This document shows positions 12,974 through 26,336 of a stretch of 64,000 nt of DNA, one piece after another. Below the pieces are notes generated by a model, which was not told the DNA's origin, ran no database searches, and was given only the letters and a program-made list of their open reading frames with translations. The stretch's first letter is position 1. The number at the start of each line of letters is the position of its first letter. This DNA comes from Octopus vulgaris (Eukaryota), in assembly GCA_951406725.2 (NCBI GenBank), contig OX597819.1, positions 2,790,001-2,854,000 of the forward strand, in the 5' to 3' direction. The position numbers and the translations under genes are program-made.

Positions 12974-13767
12974 TCTCTATATATAAAACTGAAATGCGTT
13001 TTTACCGCTTGGATCGCTTTCAAGGCCACTACATCCCGTCGGATTGACTCCAAAATTTACAGGGACATGTAAAATGAGGTGACGATGCCCGTGGGCTACC
13101 TTAGAAATCCCTATCCTAAAAGGTGTCATTGCTAGGGCCAAAAACCCACTTTGACAAGTCCACTCCCGTTCTTTAATGTATCTGTCTTTCTCAACTCACT
13201 CTTGCTATTTCCTCTCTTCCCAGCACTTTTTCACTCACTCTGTTTCCTACCTTCCCATCACTTCGGCGTTCTTTTATGTATCTGTCTGCATTCATACAGA
13301 GAATTATCGTCGCCACCAACAACACACAAGCATGAGAACAAATATTATGAATCAGATATTTCTTGCATTCATTTATGTGTGTGTGTGTGTGTTCTATATA
13401 TAAATATGTATATATAATGTATGTGTGTGTGTGTGTGTGTGTGTTCTATATATAAATATGTATATATAATGTATATATACAAAGTGTATATATCTGTATT
13501 TATGTATATTAAACTTTTTAATACTTTTTCATAGTTATATATATTTTTAAACAAATTATAAATATAATTTGATAATTTTTATTTTAAATTTAAATCATTT
13601 AAATTTTTCAATTTTATATTTTATATATTTTCTATATTATATTTTTATTTTTATGTTTTTGTTTTTCGTTTTTCACTGTTTGATTTGCCTATTAGTGGTT
13701 TTATCTCTAATTTAATTTATACAGATATATATCTCATTTGTATACATTTGTATATATAATGCGTGCG

Positions 13768-13799
<32 letters not shown>

Positions 13800-14933
13800 A
13801 TGTGTGCATTATGTGGTCGGTCGGTTCAGCTGAAATTATGCACACCTATGTTAAAAGTGCTGGCAAGTTTGCATGACAGCTATTTTTTTCCTCAAATGAA
13901 AGGCGTGACCTCTAGGACAAAATTCTTCATCTTATAAAATGTGGCCCCAGTAGACCCGAATGAAATCGGGTTATATTAACCAAAATGTGAAAAGGGGTCT
14001 AAATGGGGCCGGAAGGGGATTAAAATTTAAAGGAGAGAGTGTTTAGGAATTCTCTGTTACATCAAGCTAAAAAATTTGCGCCAGCCTTTTAATCGTCAAT
14101 GTGTTGCCGTCCATGATGAATTGGTGTTTACGAATTTTCTTTTACATCAAGTTCAAAATTTTACACCAGCCGTTAAACTGTCAATACATTGCTGTCCGTC
14201 GTTAAGAAATGCCAGCCATGGTGACTCTACTATCCTCACATTCTATCCCTTCAAACTTTGGTTTCCAATATTTTATTATTTTTATTCAGCTCGCAAGTTT
14301 GTCTGTCCCTTTTAAATGTTAGCGTTTTGCTGTCTGCCTTCAAGCAGACCTTTCCGTTGCCACTGCCTGATATTTATGATTGATCTTTCTAAATATTTTA
14401 TTTCTCAACTTACTCAAGATCTTTTGTTGTTTATAAATGGGAGAGAGATAGATAAAGATAGAGAGTAAGAGAAAGCGAGGGAGAGTCCGAGAGAAAAGAA
14501 AAGTAAGAGAGTGGGGAAAGTGAGAGAGAAAGGAGAGAGAAATAAAGAGGGAGAATCATCATCATCATCATCGTTTAACGTCCGTTTTCCGTGCTAGCAC
14601 AGGTTGGACAGTTTGACCGGGGTCTGGGAAGCCAGGAGGCTGCACCAGGCTCCAGTCTGATCTGGCAGTGTTTCTACAGGTGGATGCCCTTCCTAACGCC
14701 AACGACTCTGTGAGTGTAGTGGGTGTTTTTTTCGTGCCACCAGCACAGGTGCCAGGGGGGCTCGCAGCGGCAACGAACGGTTGATGCTTTTTACGTGCCA
14801 CCGGCACGGAAGCCAGTCAAGGTGGCGCTGCAATCGGCCACGTTCGGATGGTGCTTTTTACGTGCTGAAAGGAAGCAACAGAAAGCAACAACCACACTCT
14901 TACCCGCGCGTAGAGCAGGTCACCTTCAACTAG
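12974..14933 (+). mobile_element. non-autonomous Helitron-like element (with nested microsatellites and an RTE tail)
   Basis: Begins TCTCTATATATAAAACTG after an A. Ends with an imperfect GC-rich hairpin ACCCGCGCGTAGAGCAGGT about 10 nt before CTAG|T. Pairing of the two ends is inferred. Confidence 0.5.
14556..14865 (-). mobile_element. RTE LINE 3' UTR with (GAT)n tail, 5'-truncated copy (others: ~18600-18845 +, 41963-42136 -, ~44500-44665 +, 47620-47932 +, 50215-50445 -, 62680-62930 -)
   Basis: Shared GTTGGCGTTAGGAAGGGCATCC...CATGCTAGCATGGAAAACGGACGTTAAACGATGATG block; the same block directly follows RTE ORF ends at ~46400 and ~48560. Confidence 0.8.
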
Positions 14934-15143
14934 TATACTTATATGTGTATATATACATATATATATATATACATGTAGATACATATAGATAGATATACAT
15001 ATATATATATATATGTATTTATATACATATATATGTATGTATGTACATATATATACATATTGATATAGCTATATACATGTATATACACATATATACATAT
15101 TCATGTATATATATATATATGTATATATATATGTATATATATG

Positions 15144-15203
<60 letters not shown>

Positions 15204-15229
15204 AATATAAATATATGTATATATATATG

Positions 15230-15261
<32 letters not shown>

Positions 15262-16807
15262 TTTATATATGCATAAGCAACAGGTCTTCAAGAGGTGATG
15301 CAGTACGACCGTTTCAAGTGACTCCATTTAATTGAACAATGCAATCGTTACGTCAATTTAAATACAGAGCTATCCTGACCTGCATAAATAAATAGAATTT
15401 TTAATCAGTTGGACACATTGATATAATTTTACTCAAATTCTCTAATGGAGCAAGAAGAGGGAAAAGAGTGCATGTTGCTACTAATGTACCTAAGAATGTA
15501 CTACACTTCTAAGATCTGTATGGAGTTTGTTGGGGGTCATAGCTTGTAAAGGATTGTGGTTCATTTTCAATCTCTTAGTCTTTTTTCATCAACTACCAAA
15601 TCTTAGGCTAGAAGACTGTGTCTGTTTAGAATGGAGGTCAGGAGTGAGTTGACAGCACAGAGCTGGGTATGCTCAGAAATATTGTCAGGATTTCTAAGAT
15701 TATTTATTTGGTGGTTTCTATAAAGACTGCTCTGGGTATTTACTTACAGAATACTGGGGCGATAAAGCATGCTATCTATATATTAATTATAAGCTAAGAA
15801 TCAGAAAAAAAAACTGGTAAAATAAGCTGTGTACAGATACACACAAGTAAATAATGAAGTACATGAATGAATATTAAACTAATTCTATGTAATCTTCCCT
15901 TTCTAACGTTGAAAATTGGTATATATACACATTTTATCTAGTTTGGGTATAATATCATTTTTAATAATCTTAAATTGTATACAACATAACAATATTGTTT
16001 ATATACAATCACCTGCAGTACTGCATGATAATTTCCTCTGTATTAACATAATAGGTCTTATTTGTGTCTTGTCCCTTTAACTGGTAATTAACATCTTGAT
16101 TTGGTGTCTTCTCCTACCCAGCCTCCTTTATAGACAGTTACTTTGTACTAATTCTAGAAATCTTGACAATATTTATGACTGATGTAATAAGTGCATTGCT
16201 CAATTAAATGGAACCACTTGAAACAGTTATATTGCATCACCTCTTAATATCCTGTTGCTTATTTTGATTTTATTCACCTTACTTTGAGTTGTACGGATAA
16301 TACCACACTGATTTGGTGCTTCAACTTAAGCACCTAATTCATCTGAATCTCAATTATGTATACATATTTATACATATATTTATACATATATATAAATATA
16401 TACACACACATATATATATATGAGCTGTTTAGGTGCACTGGATGGCAACCAGCAGTCCCTAATTATGGCCACTTACCCTAGTTATTACTTCCTCTTGAGC
16501 ATAAATTTTTCCATACTTTTCCTACGGAATAAATTTGTTTCATTGGTTTTACTAATTTCACATTCTTATTAAAATACTTTCAGACCATTTTCAACCCCAA
16601 CTGTCTTACTTCCTAAATGTCCAAATAGGTTCCTCTCTTAATATTTATTCTATATTTTTTTTAATCTTGTATTTACTATCCCAATTGCTATTTTGGTATA
16701 CACATTTACTTAATGTCCCAAAGATATACACAAGCAAAATGGTATAATCACAACCATATTCAACTTTTCCCTTTTTCTTCTACATGTTCTCCTTCTTTAT
16801 TTATTCT

Positions 16808-16915
16808 TCATTCTGATGAATCTCCATGTTTCAGATCAGTTTTATAACCAAATATATTTCTGCATAACAATGGCAATGCACGACAACATTGGAAGCAGAA
16901 ACAGCTGTTAGATGG
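16808..16915 (+). ncRNA. hammerhead-like motif with long helix II
   Basis: CATT-CTGATGA-A-TCTCCATGTT...AACATTGGAAGCA-GAAA-CAGCTG-TT-AGATG; palindromic CAGCTG helix III. Confidence 0.5.
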
Positions 16916-17193
16916 GATGCAGTCTTTTTGCATTGAATTAATAAATAATAATTAATGTAAGTCAATTGTTGTTCACCAATATTTCTCCAATTCTTGTTTT
17001 ATTTAAATTTTGATTCTTGGTAAAGCCATGTTTATCCTTGTCTTTACATATAATTTCTGAATGTAATATGTTTGCATATGCTTGCCCATGGTTAAATATA
17101 GGTAATATACTGATAATGTAATGGATACCTCTATCCCTTAGAGAGTTATCTTTACCTCTATCACAGGTAACCTCTGATACACACACACATACA

Positions 17194-17194
<1 letters not shown>

Positions 17195-17233
<39 letters not shown>

Positions 17234-17247
17234 CATATGCATATGCA

Positions 17248-17285
<38 letters not shown>

Positions 17286-17815
17286 CATATATATATACAT
17301 ACATATATATACACATACAAATGCACATATATATATACATAGATATATATATATATACATACATATGCACATATATATATACATAGATATATATATATAT
17401 ACATACATATGCACATATATATATACATAGATATATATATATATACATACATATGCACATATATATACATATATATATACATACATATATATACATACAC
17501 ACATATATATATATACATACATATATATATACATACATACATATATATATACATACATACATATATACATACATATGCGTACATATATATATACTTTTAT
17601 ATATATACACATATATATACATTTATATATACATATATATATACTTTTATATATGCACATATATACATTTATATCTACATATATATATATATATACTTTT
17701 ATATATACATTTATATCTACATATATATATTTTATATATACATATATATATACATTTATATATATACACACACACATATATATACATATATATATATACA
17801 CACATATATACATAA
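17195..17815. repeat. compound (TA)n/(CA)n microsatellite array
   Basis: Directly visible. Similar arrays at 14935-15270, 23690-23975, 34320-34670, 37118-37571, 39283-40627, 40851-41025, 41236-41963 and 46700-47355. Confidence 0.95.
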
Positions 17816-17914
17816 TTATTGTTATTTTAATTTTAATATTTCTATTATATGTAATTTTCTAGATGGTGTAATTTAATTGTTCATTTTGAATTGATAAAAG
17901 GTGGGTTTTTTCTA

Positions 17915-17961
<47 letters not shown>

Positions 17962-18227
17962 TGTGTCAAATTTGATTTAGTATTTCTAAATTTAATTTTT
18001 CCCTGTAAGTTAGGATTAATATTCCCTCAAATAATTATTATTCAACAAAGCGTGACGCCTAAACCAACCAATCAGCTTAAGTAATTGAGTGATGCTACAC
18101 ACTGATTGGTCAGAATACAGTTTGCAAAACCTAGCAATCTGGAGCCCGCACACCTGTATTTAAGGCACAGATTTAACCATCTCGCTACAGTCAAAAATTG
18201 TGAAGCATGACTGTCACCACTACTACA

Positions 18228-18272
18228 TGAACCTGAAGATTGCAGAATTTAATGCATGAAAGTACTAGCTCA
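18228..18272 (+). ncRNA. minimal type-I hammerhead motif in a Penelope pseudo-LTR-like unit (~18050-18370)
   Basis: TGAAC-CTGAAGA-T-TGCA-(8 nt)-TGCA-T-GAAA-GTAC-TA-GCTCA. Preceded by CCAAT-like and TATTTAA motifs and followed by AATAAA at ~18357. Confidence 0.65.
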
Positions 18273-18431
18273 ATCAGAATGAACATTTAACATTCTATTA
18301 TTTTATTTTATTTTATTCTATTATATTATCTTATATTATATCATTATAAGATTGTAAATAAAATGTGAAAATCAGACAAGGTTGGAATTCCTTTTATTAA
18401 TATATTCTTCTATACACAATCACACACACCC

Positions 18432-18488
<57 letters not shown>

Positions 18489-20099
18489 TATATACACACA
18501 CATATATATACATATATATACATACACACACATATATATACATATATATACATACACACACACACCATCATCATCATGATCATCAGTATTTTGTGTTTAA
18601 GAAGAAGACCCATTAAGCTGTGTAAAATTGCAGTTGTGGCAGATACTGGTATCATACAAATGGCACCCATGCTGGTGGTATGTAAAAGCACCCATTACAG
18701 CCTCAGAGTGGTTGGCATTAGGAAGAGCATCCAGCTGCAGTAAACATGCCAAATCAGAGTCTGGTGCAGCCTTTCAGCTTACCAGGAATGGTCAAACCGT
18801 CCAACCCATGCCAGCATGGACAATGGACGTTAAATGATGATGATGATATATATATATATTACATAGACAAGAAAATCATTTCAAAAGCAATTTTTTGTTT
18901 TGTTTTACATAGTAGGTTATCTAAAATAAATATTCCTATAACAATGCACTCCATCGAAGCAGCCCATAGTCTTGGCAAAATCTTCTGAACAATTACACTT
19001 CACTCAGAAAACATCACTGAAAAATAAGAAGGAACTTTCTGGCATGCATAATGACAATTATGTTCAGGCCTGTGATAGTAGCTTATTCCAACCAAATTAC
19101 AAGGCCTGCACAAAAATGTCCTCAAGTGATTTTGCAGTGACATTTGTCATGTAAATTGGTAAACCAATCTTTCATTGAGAGGAGAAGGTTAGTGGATTGT
19201 ATACTTTCATCAACTGCACCAAGGACAACCTTGCTGTTTCTACTTAATCCACTTTTAGTAAGATTAATTAAGCCTGAATTTAGGGTCAGCTAAGAAATTT
19301 AGCTTATGCTCTTTTAAACTGATCCATTGGGATGGAGTCTAGGAACTTAACATTCAATTCTACCATATATTTTAATTGATGCTAATTATATTCATGTGCG
19401 TCAGAATAGATATCAGGTGCTGCCCAACATGCCCATTAAAGCCACCAATGGTTATTTTCTGTTATTTGTTATCAAGTTAGTTTATAGGAGTCATAAAAAT
19501 GATTCTTTGATTCCTCAGTCAGTCCTGAGAGTGGTGCATATGCCACATACTCTGACTACTGAAATTGCTTTTTCTATTTCTCAGTCAACTCTAGTACTGA
19601 TAACTCAGAAAAATCTGTATGAAGGTAACCGTTTTTAATAACAATGTTCAGGTTGTTTGGTGTATATGTATCCATGTGTTCCTTGAAAGGTGGTGCAATC
19701 ATTTGATGATAGTTAAAGGGTTCCCACATGGTCGATGCATGACCATATACGGCACTAACACAATATCAGTCATATATATTTAATTAGGAGTTTTTGTTGA
19801 AAATGACAGCCATCTTCATCTTCAGGAGTGTTTCTTACAGGAAAATTCAATCATCACTTGTAACTTATTACAAATACACTTCAGATTTCATTAGCAAACA
19901 TCTTGAGAAATATCAACAAATATTTATTTATTTATAATCGTGTTTTAAATGTTACCAAATATTTATTTATCTTAATAATGTTACCGTGATAAATGAAGCC
20001 CAGCGATAAAAGACTTCTGTCTTTCCCATCTTTCTGTTCTTTTTTTTTTACCTGCCAAGTCTTGAGGCTGGGACAGAGCTCATGACCCATGCAGGCTCT

Positions 20100-21560
20100 C
20101 CAAGACTGATGTTACTGATGCTATTAATAATTCATTTAAACTATGGCTGCTTCCTCTCCAATGTTGACGTGAGGTAGCCCTTCTCTAACCCTTTCATTCT
20201 CTTTGTTCAACAGAGGTAGCCCTTCTCTAACCCTTTCATTCTCTTTGTTCAACAGAGGTAGCCCTTCTCTAACCCTTTCATTCTCTTTGTTCAACAGAGG
20301 TAGCCCTTCTCTAACCCTTTCATTCTCTTTGTTCAACAGAGGTAGCCCTTCTCTAACCCTTTCATTCTCTTTGTTCAACAGAGGTAGCCCTTCTCTAACC
20401 CTTTCATTCTCTTTGTTCAACAGAGGTAGCCCTTCTCTAACCCTTTCATTCTCTTTGTTCAACAGAGGTAGCCCTTCTCTAACCCTTTCATTCTCTTTGT
20501 TCAACAGAGGTAGCCCTTCTCTAACCCTTTCATTCTCTTTGTTCAACAGAGGTAGCCCTTCTCTAACCCTTTCATTCTCTTTGTTCAACAGAGGTAGCCC
20601 TTCTCTAACCCTTTCATTCTCTTTGTTCAACAGCCTCCATTATCAACATTTCCAAGCTTCTTTCCTGTCATCAACAGTAATGGTGTGCCTTCATCATTTC
20701 ACATAAACTTTTCCCTGATATCTTAGGTCCTCTCTAACCCTAACCCTAACCTTGCAATCACCTCATGCATCTTAGCCCTCACATTGCAGAACATATGCAA
20801 AGCTCTTCCTCTCTGCTTTTATCTTAACCAGATACACCTGACACCAAGCGTCCCTTCTAGCTCTTTCACCTTCTTTTCAGTGATTGGAAGCTGGTCTTTT
20901 AGCTTTTACAGTTCTATCTACCATGTCTTTCCACTACCATGTCACCTTCAGCCTGGCCACGACTTTCTAACCCTAAGCAATTATCCTGTAAGAACTTTCA
21001 GCTGTCATCTGTGTTGTAAGGATCTACCTCCTCCTTACCATTATACTCATCAAGTAGAATTTCCTTGAACCTGGGGTCGGTTGCAGGTTCTTTAAGTTCC
21101 CACGTCTTTCTTCTCCGTATCGTCTTCTGTTTCTGAGTCTACTTCATGCTAACTCCGAAGTCCCTAGTCTTTAATATGTGTTGGGGAGAGCATTCTTCAC
21201 CAAGAAAGGCTGTGGTATTTACAATGGTCTGCCTTTTGCATTTCCTTATGAGGCTGAAATCTAACTTGTGTATTCATTAGACTTGTAGGTGAGTAGGTGG
21301 CTGGCTGGTTTCATGAAGTCTGTGTTGCAAACTGTTAGGTCAGCTGCATCACAGAACTGTAAGAGCCTTAAACTCTTCTCGTTCATTGTACCACAGCTAT
21401 AACATCCATGGGCATTACGGAAGCCCCTTGTGGTGTTGACCAATGTGTTCACTGAAGTCACCAGCCACATTGATGACGATACTGTCAATCATCAGTGAGT
21501 CTGCAGAAAGATCTTATAGACCCTTCATTGGATTTTCTTATCAATTTTCAGTGCTTTGCC
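20100..21560 (-). mobile_element. old decayed RTE LINE fragment (APE endonuclease to linker)
   Basis: Minus-strand remnants LLQFCDAADLTVCNTDFMKPASHLLTYKS and RLLNKENE; the latter matches RLLNKENEWEKESLP of ORF 55050-56084. Confidence 0.75.
20171..20632. repeat. perfect 42-bp minisatellite, 11 copies
   Basis: Unit GAGGTAGCCCTTCTCTAACCCTTTCATTCTCTTTGTTCAACA; 11 x 42 = 462 bp, no spacers. Confidence 0.97.
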
Positions 21561-22576
21561 ACACAGGCTATTGTTGCATTTGCTGTTTCTTACAGTTATC
21601 AATGAATATTATTTATTATTGTTATCCATAAAGGCAGCAAGTAAGCAGAACCAACCCTGTACCAGACAAAATGGTTAACAGCATTTTTGCCAGCTCTTTA
21701 CATTCTGAGTTCAAATGCTAGCAAAGTCAACTTTGCCCTTCATCCTTTCGGGGACTATAGAATAAGTATCAGTTAAGTTCTGGGTTAATGTACATACTCC
21801 CTAAAAGTTTCAGGCCTTGTGCCTGTATTAGAAAGGATTATTTAATATTGTCATGAGTGCTGTTATTGTGTAGAGGGGATATAACCACAGTTACCTGATA
21901 TTTGATGGAGTTATCAGGGTTAGGTACAAAAAGCCTAATACAGGATAAGACACTGGCAGCTTCAGTATAAGGCCAAAGTTATATTCGTTGTTAAGGAATG
22001 ACTTAGGATAGATTTGTTATAGGGGAGTGGGGAATGTGACAGCATTGAAATTGCAGTGGAGTGGAGAATGACTAGACAGAATTTTTTTTTAGATAAGGAA
22101 ATATAAACATATTAGTAAAAACAAAAAATAAGATAAAATATTTGGGTTAGCAAAGTATCAGAATAAAAGATTGAAGTAGCAAATTAAGGGATTTATTTTC
22201 TTATCGTGAAGAAGTCAGCCCATGATTTTTAGGTTTTCTTTTTTTTTTTATTTTGGCAAAGTTTAAGTACCTGAGTGAGTATATAAAAGGAGATAAGAGA
22301 GAAAGTAAGGTGAGAAGGGGGGGGGGACATCAAAACAGTTTAAGTAAACATATCTTTAGAGCAACAACAAAAGGAAATTCTAGATAGTCTATGCTACGAC
22401 TGTGTGTGTGTACACGTATACACATATATAAAGGCATTGCTGTGTAGTTAAGAAGCTTGCTTCCCAGCCATGTAGTCTTGAGAGTTCAATCCTACTGCAC
22501 AGCACCTGGGGCAAATAAAGAAGCTTATTGTTTGTTTGTTTGTTTGCATGCATGCATGCATGTATGGATGGATGCA

Positions 22577-22608
<32 letters not shown>

Positions 22609-22649
22609 ATGATTTATATAATCCAATGGTAATCACAAAAGAGCTCCTT

Positions 22650-23185
22650 TGGTGGACCAGGCTACAAACCTCATAGTAAACCAAAATTGTGACCTCCTTC
22701 GGTCACGAATGACCATGGAATTGCACCTAGAAAGTTACCCTCCGAGGTACAAGTCTGGGCAAGGTTGTTTATGGAAGACCAGCAGTCGCCCACGCATACC
22801 AGCCTCCCCTTTCCATGCCACCGATGTTATCCAAGGGAAAGGCAAAGGGGCCGATACAGCTTGGCACCGGTGACGTCGCAACTCATTAACATGCAAGTGG
22901 CGGAGCACTCCACAGACGCGTGTACCCTTAACGTAGTTCTCGAAGAGATTCAGCGTGACAAGGCTGGCTCTTTGAAATACAGGTACAACAGAAACAGGAA
23001 GAAAGAGTGAGAGAAAGTTGTGGTGAAAGAGTACAACATGGTTCACCACCGCCCCCTGCCGGAGCCTCGTGGAGCTTTAGCTGTTGTTGCTCAAAAAACA
23101 CTCACAATGCCCGGTCTGGGAATCGAAACCGCGATCCTACGACCGCGAGTCCGCTGCCCTAACCACTGGGCCATTGTGTCTCCAC
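22650..23185 (-). mobile_element. tRNA(Arg)-like SINE, same head as 9418-9727 but a longer, different 3' part
   Basis: GGAGACACAATGGCCCAGTGGTTAGGGCAGCGGACTCGCGGTCGTAGGATCGCGGTTTCGATTCCCAGACCGGGC; CpG-rich, so probably young. Confidence 0.75.
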
Positions 23186-23928
23186 ATATATATATATATA
23201 TATATCTTGGGTTGTCCAGAAAGTTTGTGCCGATTTATAGTAGCTTACCTTTCGACTTTTTTTAGAACAGGATTTGACTACACCTCCATTTAGAGCACAG
23301 TTTAAGCTATCTTTTCGTGGAAGAAGATTTATGTTCCAATACATAAATGTAATGTAGAGTCCTATGCATTTGAAATCCAGTAAATTCAATCAGTGAAAAT
23401 TATATTATATTACACACACGAACATGTGTGTGTGTGCGCGTGTGTGTGTGTGTGTGTGTGCATGCACTGGTGTATGCTCTCATCTCAATACCATGCAATA
23501 CCTGCAAGCAAGCCTCACCATCATAAAAGTGATGTTCCCTTCCAGTCTTCCTTGAAAACATGTCTGGCCATGGGGAAATATTATTCAGCTTGGAAACAAG
23601 TGAGAGTTGGCATCAGGACATAGAAAATCTGCCTCAACAAATTGTGTCTGACCCTTGCAAACATGGAAAATGGATGTTAAATGTATAGAGATATAGATAG
23701 ATACAAATGTGTGTGTGTGTGTCTATACACACATATATATATACATATATACACACATGTATACATATATATATATATACATATATACACACATGTATAC
23801 ATATATATAAATGCATACATTCATATATATACACACATATACCTATACATATATACACATATACCTATACATACATACATATACACATGTAGATATATAT
23901 ATATACACACATATACATATATATATAT

Positions 23929-23977
<49 letters not shown>

Positions 23978-24452
23978 TATGCGTCTCTTTCTGCTTCTCT
24001 TTTCCTCACTACTCTCACTGCATTCGCACACCACTTCCATCTCTGCTTCATCTCCTCCCACTCTCCTCTCCTTACTGGCTCTCTCTCACCTCAACACTCG
24101 CTCATTGCAGACCAACCTCCAAACCTTTCTTTCTTCTAATAACCCTCTCCATCTTCCTTGTCACCCTCTTCTCTTCCTCCTCTCTTTCATGTTCCCTTCT
24201 CCTCACACCTTCTACCCACACTAACCTGTTGTGGGATAGCAACAGAACCCCACTCCCTACACAACTCAACCCATCACCTTTACCCTTCTCTCCTTCCTCT
24301 TCTCACAAACCCCTGACACTAATTCCTTCCTCCTTTCCACTCTCTCTGCCACACTCCCTCTCCCAATCTATTCTATTACTCACCCCACAACCATCATATC
24401 TGTTCCTCTCATCCTTTTTTACCCATTCTTATCTCACCTAGAATCATCATAC

Positions 24453-24502
<50 letters not shown>

Positions 24503-24540
24503 ACTCATATTCTTCTTTCAGACATGGGGAGCCTTTAGAC

Positions 24541-24794
24541 CAGTGGTTCCCAAAAGCTCTCCTGGGTGTGGGGTGATAGGGGAGGAGGTGAAGGAAAGTG
24601 GGGACAAAGGAGTGGTGAGTGTAAAAACAACAAAATAATGGGTTGATCAGGTTAAGTTTTATTTGTGAAAAACAATTGTTTTGAATTTGCTTCAGAAAGT
24701 GATCTGTTTGTGGTGGTGAGTGGGTTGGGGGCACTAGGAATCTGACCCGTGTGCCAATGGGGCAGCAGCCCCCCAAAAAGTTTGGGAACCACTG
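24541..24794. mobile_element. hAT (Charlie/Buster-like) MITE
   Basis: Perfect 14-bp TIR CAGTGGTTCCCAAA/TTTGGGAACCACTG; imperfect 8-bp TSD CTTTAGAC/CTTCAAAC. Confidence 0.8.
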
Positions 24795-25991
24795 CTTCAA
24801 ACTCTTTCTTCTTGCAAGTTGCAAGATCACCTGACTAGTGATTGCGCTTTGGGAAAAAAAGAAAAAGCCCCCAATGCTCTTATAAAATGGTTGGTGTTGG
24901 GAAGGGCATCCATGCAAAAACAGAGACAGTGGGGCATGATGTGATCCCCTCACTCACTGGATCCTCAAAACCATGCCAGTATAAAAAAAAAAAAACAGGC
25001 ATAAAATAACAATCATGACAGAAAGACAGACAGAGAGACAGACAGAGAGACAGACAGTGAGGCAGGCAAGCAGACAAGCAGACAAACAGGCAGACACAGA
25101 CAGACAGAGTGTTTATATATTTCATTACCATATAATTTTTAAAAACAGATTTTAAAAAAAATAGACCTCTCAATTTTGGAAAATGTACAATTTACATTTT
25201 ATGAAATGATGATAGAAATATTGTACACAATTATTTATATAATTTGAATTGAATTCTGTTATTTCTAAGTAAAAATATTTGGATTCAATTTCTTATTGAA
25301 ACGCAAACATTAACCCTTTAATGCAAAATTAAATTTCATGGTTATTCCAGTAATGATGTTAATATCTTCCAAAAAATAGAACTGGTAGTTTTCTGCAAGT
25401 CACATTGCCTCAATAAACTCAACAAAAAATAGTTTCAAACATGACATTCTTTAACAAAAGATGGATTGGTATATAAAAATGCTTTCTGCAGTTAAAGGTA
25501 ATGAAATTTTGAGTGGAATATATCTGATTTCCACAGTAGAAGAGTTAAACAAATCAGAATTTAAGGAATGAAGATGTTGGTAATAAAAACTATATCAGTG
25601 TTACAAAAGTCTTTCAAATATAAAAAAATACTTAACAAATCCAAAAATGGGTGGAACAAATAGCATTAATAAATAGCCAACAACAAACAAAACACTTTAA
25701 AAGCAAAAAGGCTCATTTAAACTTTAAAGATATAAAATATAAACAGATTGAAAGAGAATAATTATCAAATACAACACAATGAGCGATTTCAATAACTTAG
25801 CACAAATATCATCTAGAATGAAATAATAAATGGACAGATCTAAAGTTTCCTTTCTTACAACAATAAAAATATTTGTAAGGAGCTAATTTAAGGAGTAAAA
25901 CAAACGAACAAAAATAGCATATATGTGACAAAACATCAAATTTTTTAAAAATTACATTGTTATAAAAATGCTTGATTCATTTTATCAGTTT

Positions 25992-26146
25992 TCACAAGTT
26001 TTGATCTTCCTCCATGTAAACCATATCTTTATCAAAAGGCTGTCTTCTGTTTCTTTTGTGAGTACGTCGAAAAACTCCCCAGCCAAAAATGAAACCAAGA
26101 AGTCCACCAATGAGAACACAACCAATTCCAATGCCAGCCATAAGTT
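25992..26146 (-). CDS. terminal coding exon of CTBS-like GH18 gene: transmembrane helix plus cytoplasmic tail
   Basis: Acceptor ttttgtttccag|, phase 1 matching the previous exon. Translates (Q)LMAGIGIGCVLIGGLLGFIFGWGVFRRTHKRNRRQPFDKDMVYMEEDQNL*: a hydrophobic stretch followed by a basic stop-transfer cluster. Confidence 0.8.
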
Positions 26147-26336
26147 CTGGAAACAAAATTTGACATTCTATAAATAATACAATTTCAACAAAAGCAATAA
26201 AACTGAATAAATAAATGATAACTTACATATTCATTCATACTGCATTCTGGCAGATTCCAATATGAATATGCTAATCACTGTTGTATTTTCTCAATGGCTT
26301 TTTTCAGATGAAAGTGTGTTCATAACACACTCAATT

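Noticed and set aside
18972-19154. 60-aa non-repetitive ORF
   Set aside because: No recognisable domain, no supporting splice signals, and a length expected by chance.
20136-20706. Repetitive 164/167-aa ORFs, or a CRISPR-like array
   Set aside because: Head-to-tail 42-bp repeats with no unique spacers and no cas genes; derived from an RTE fragment.
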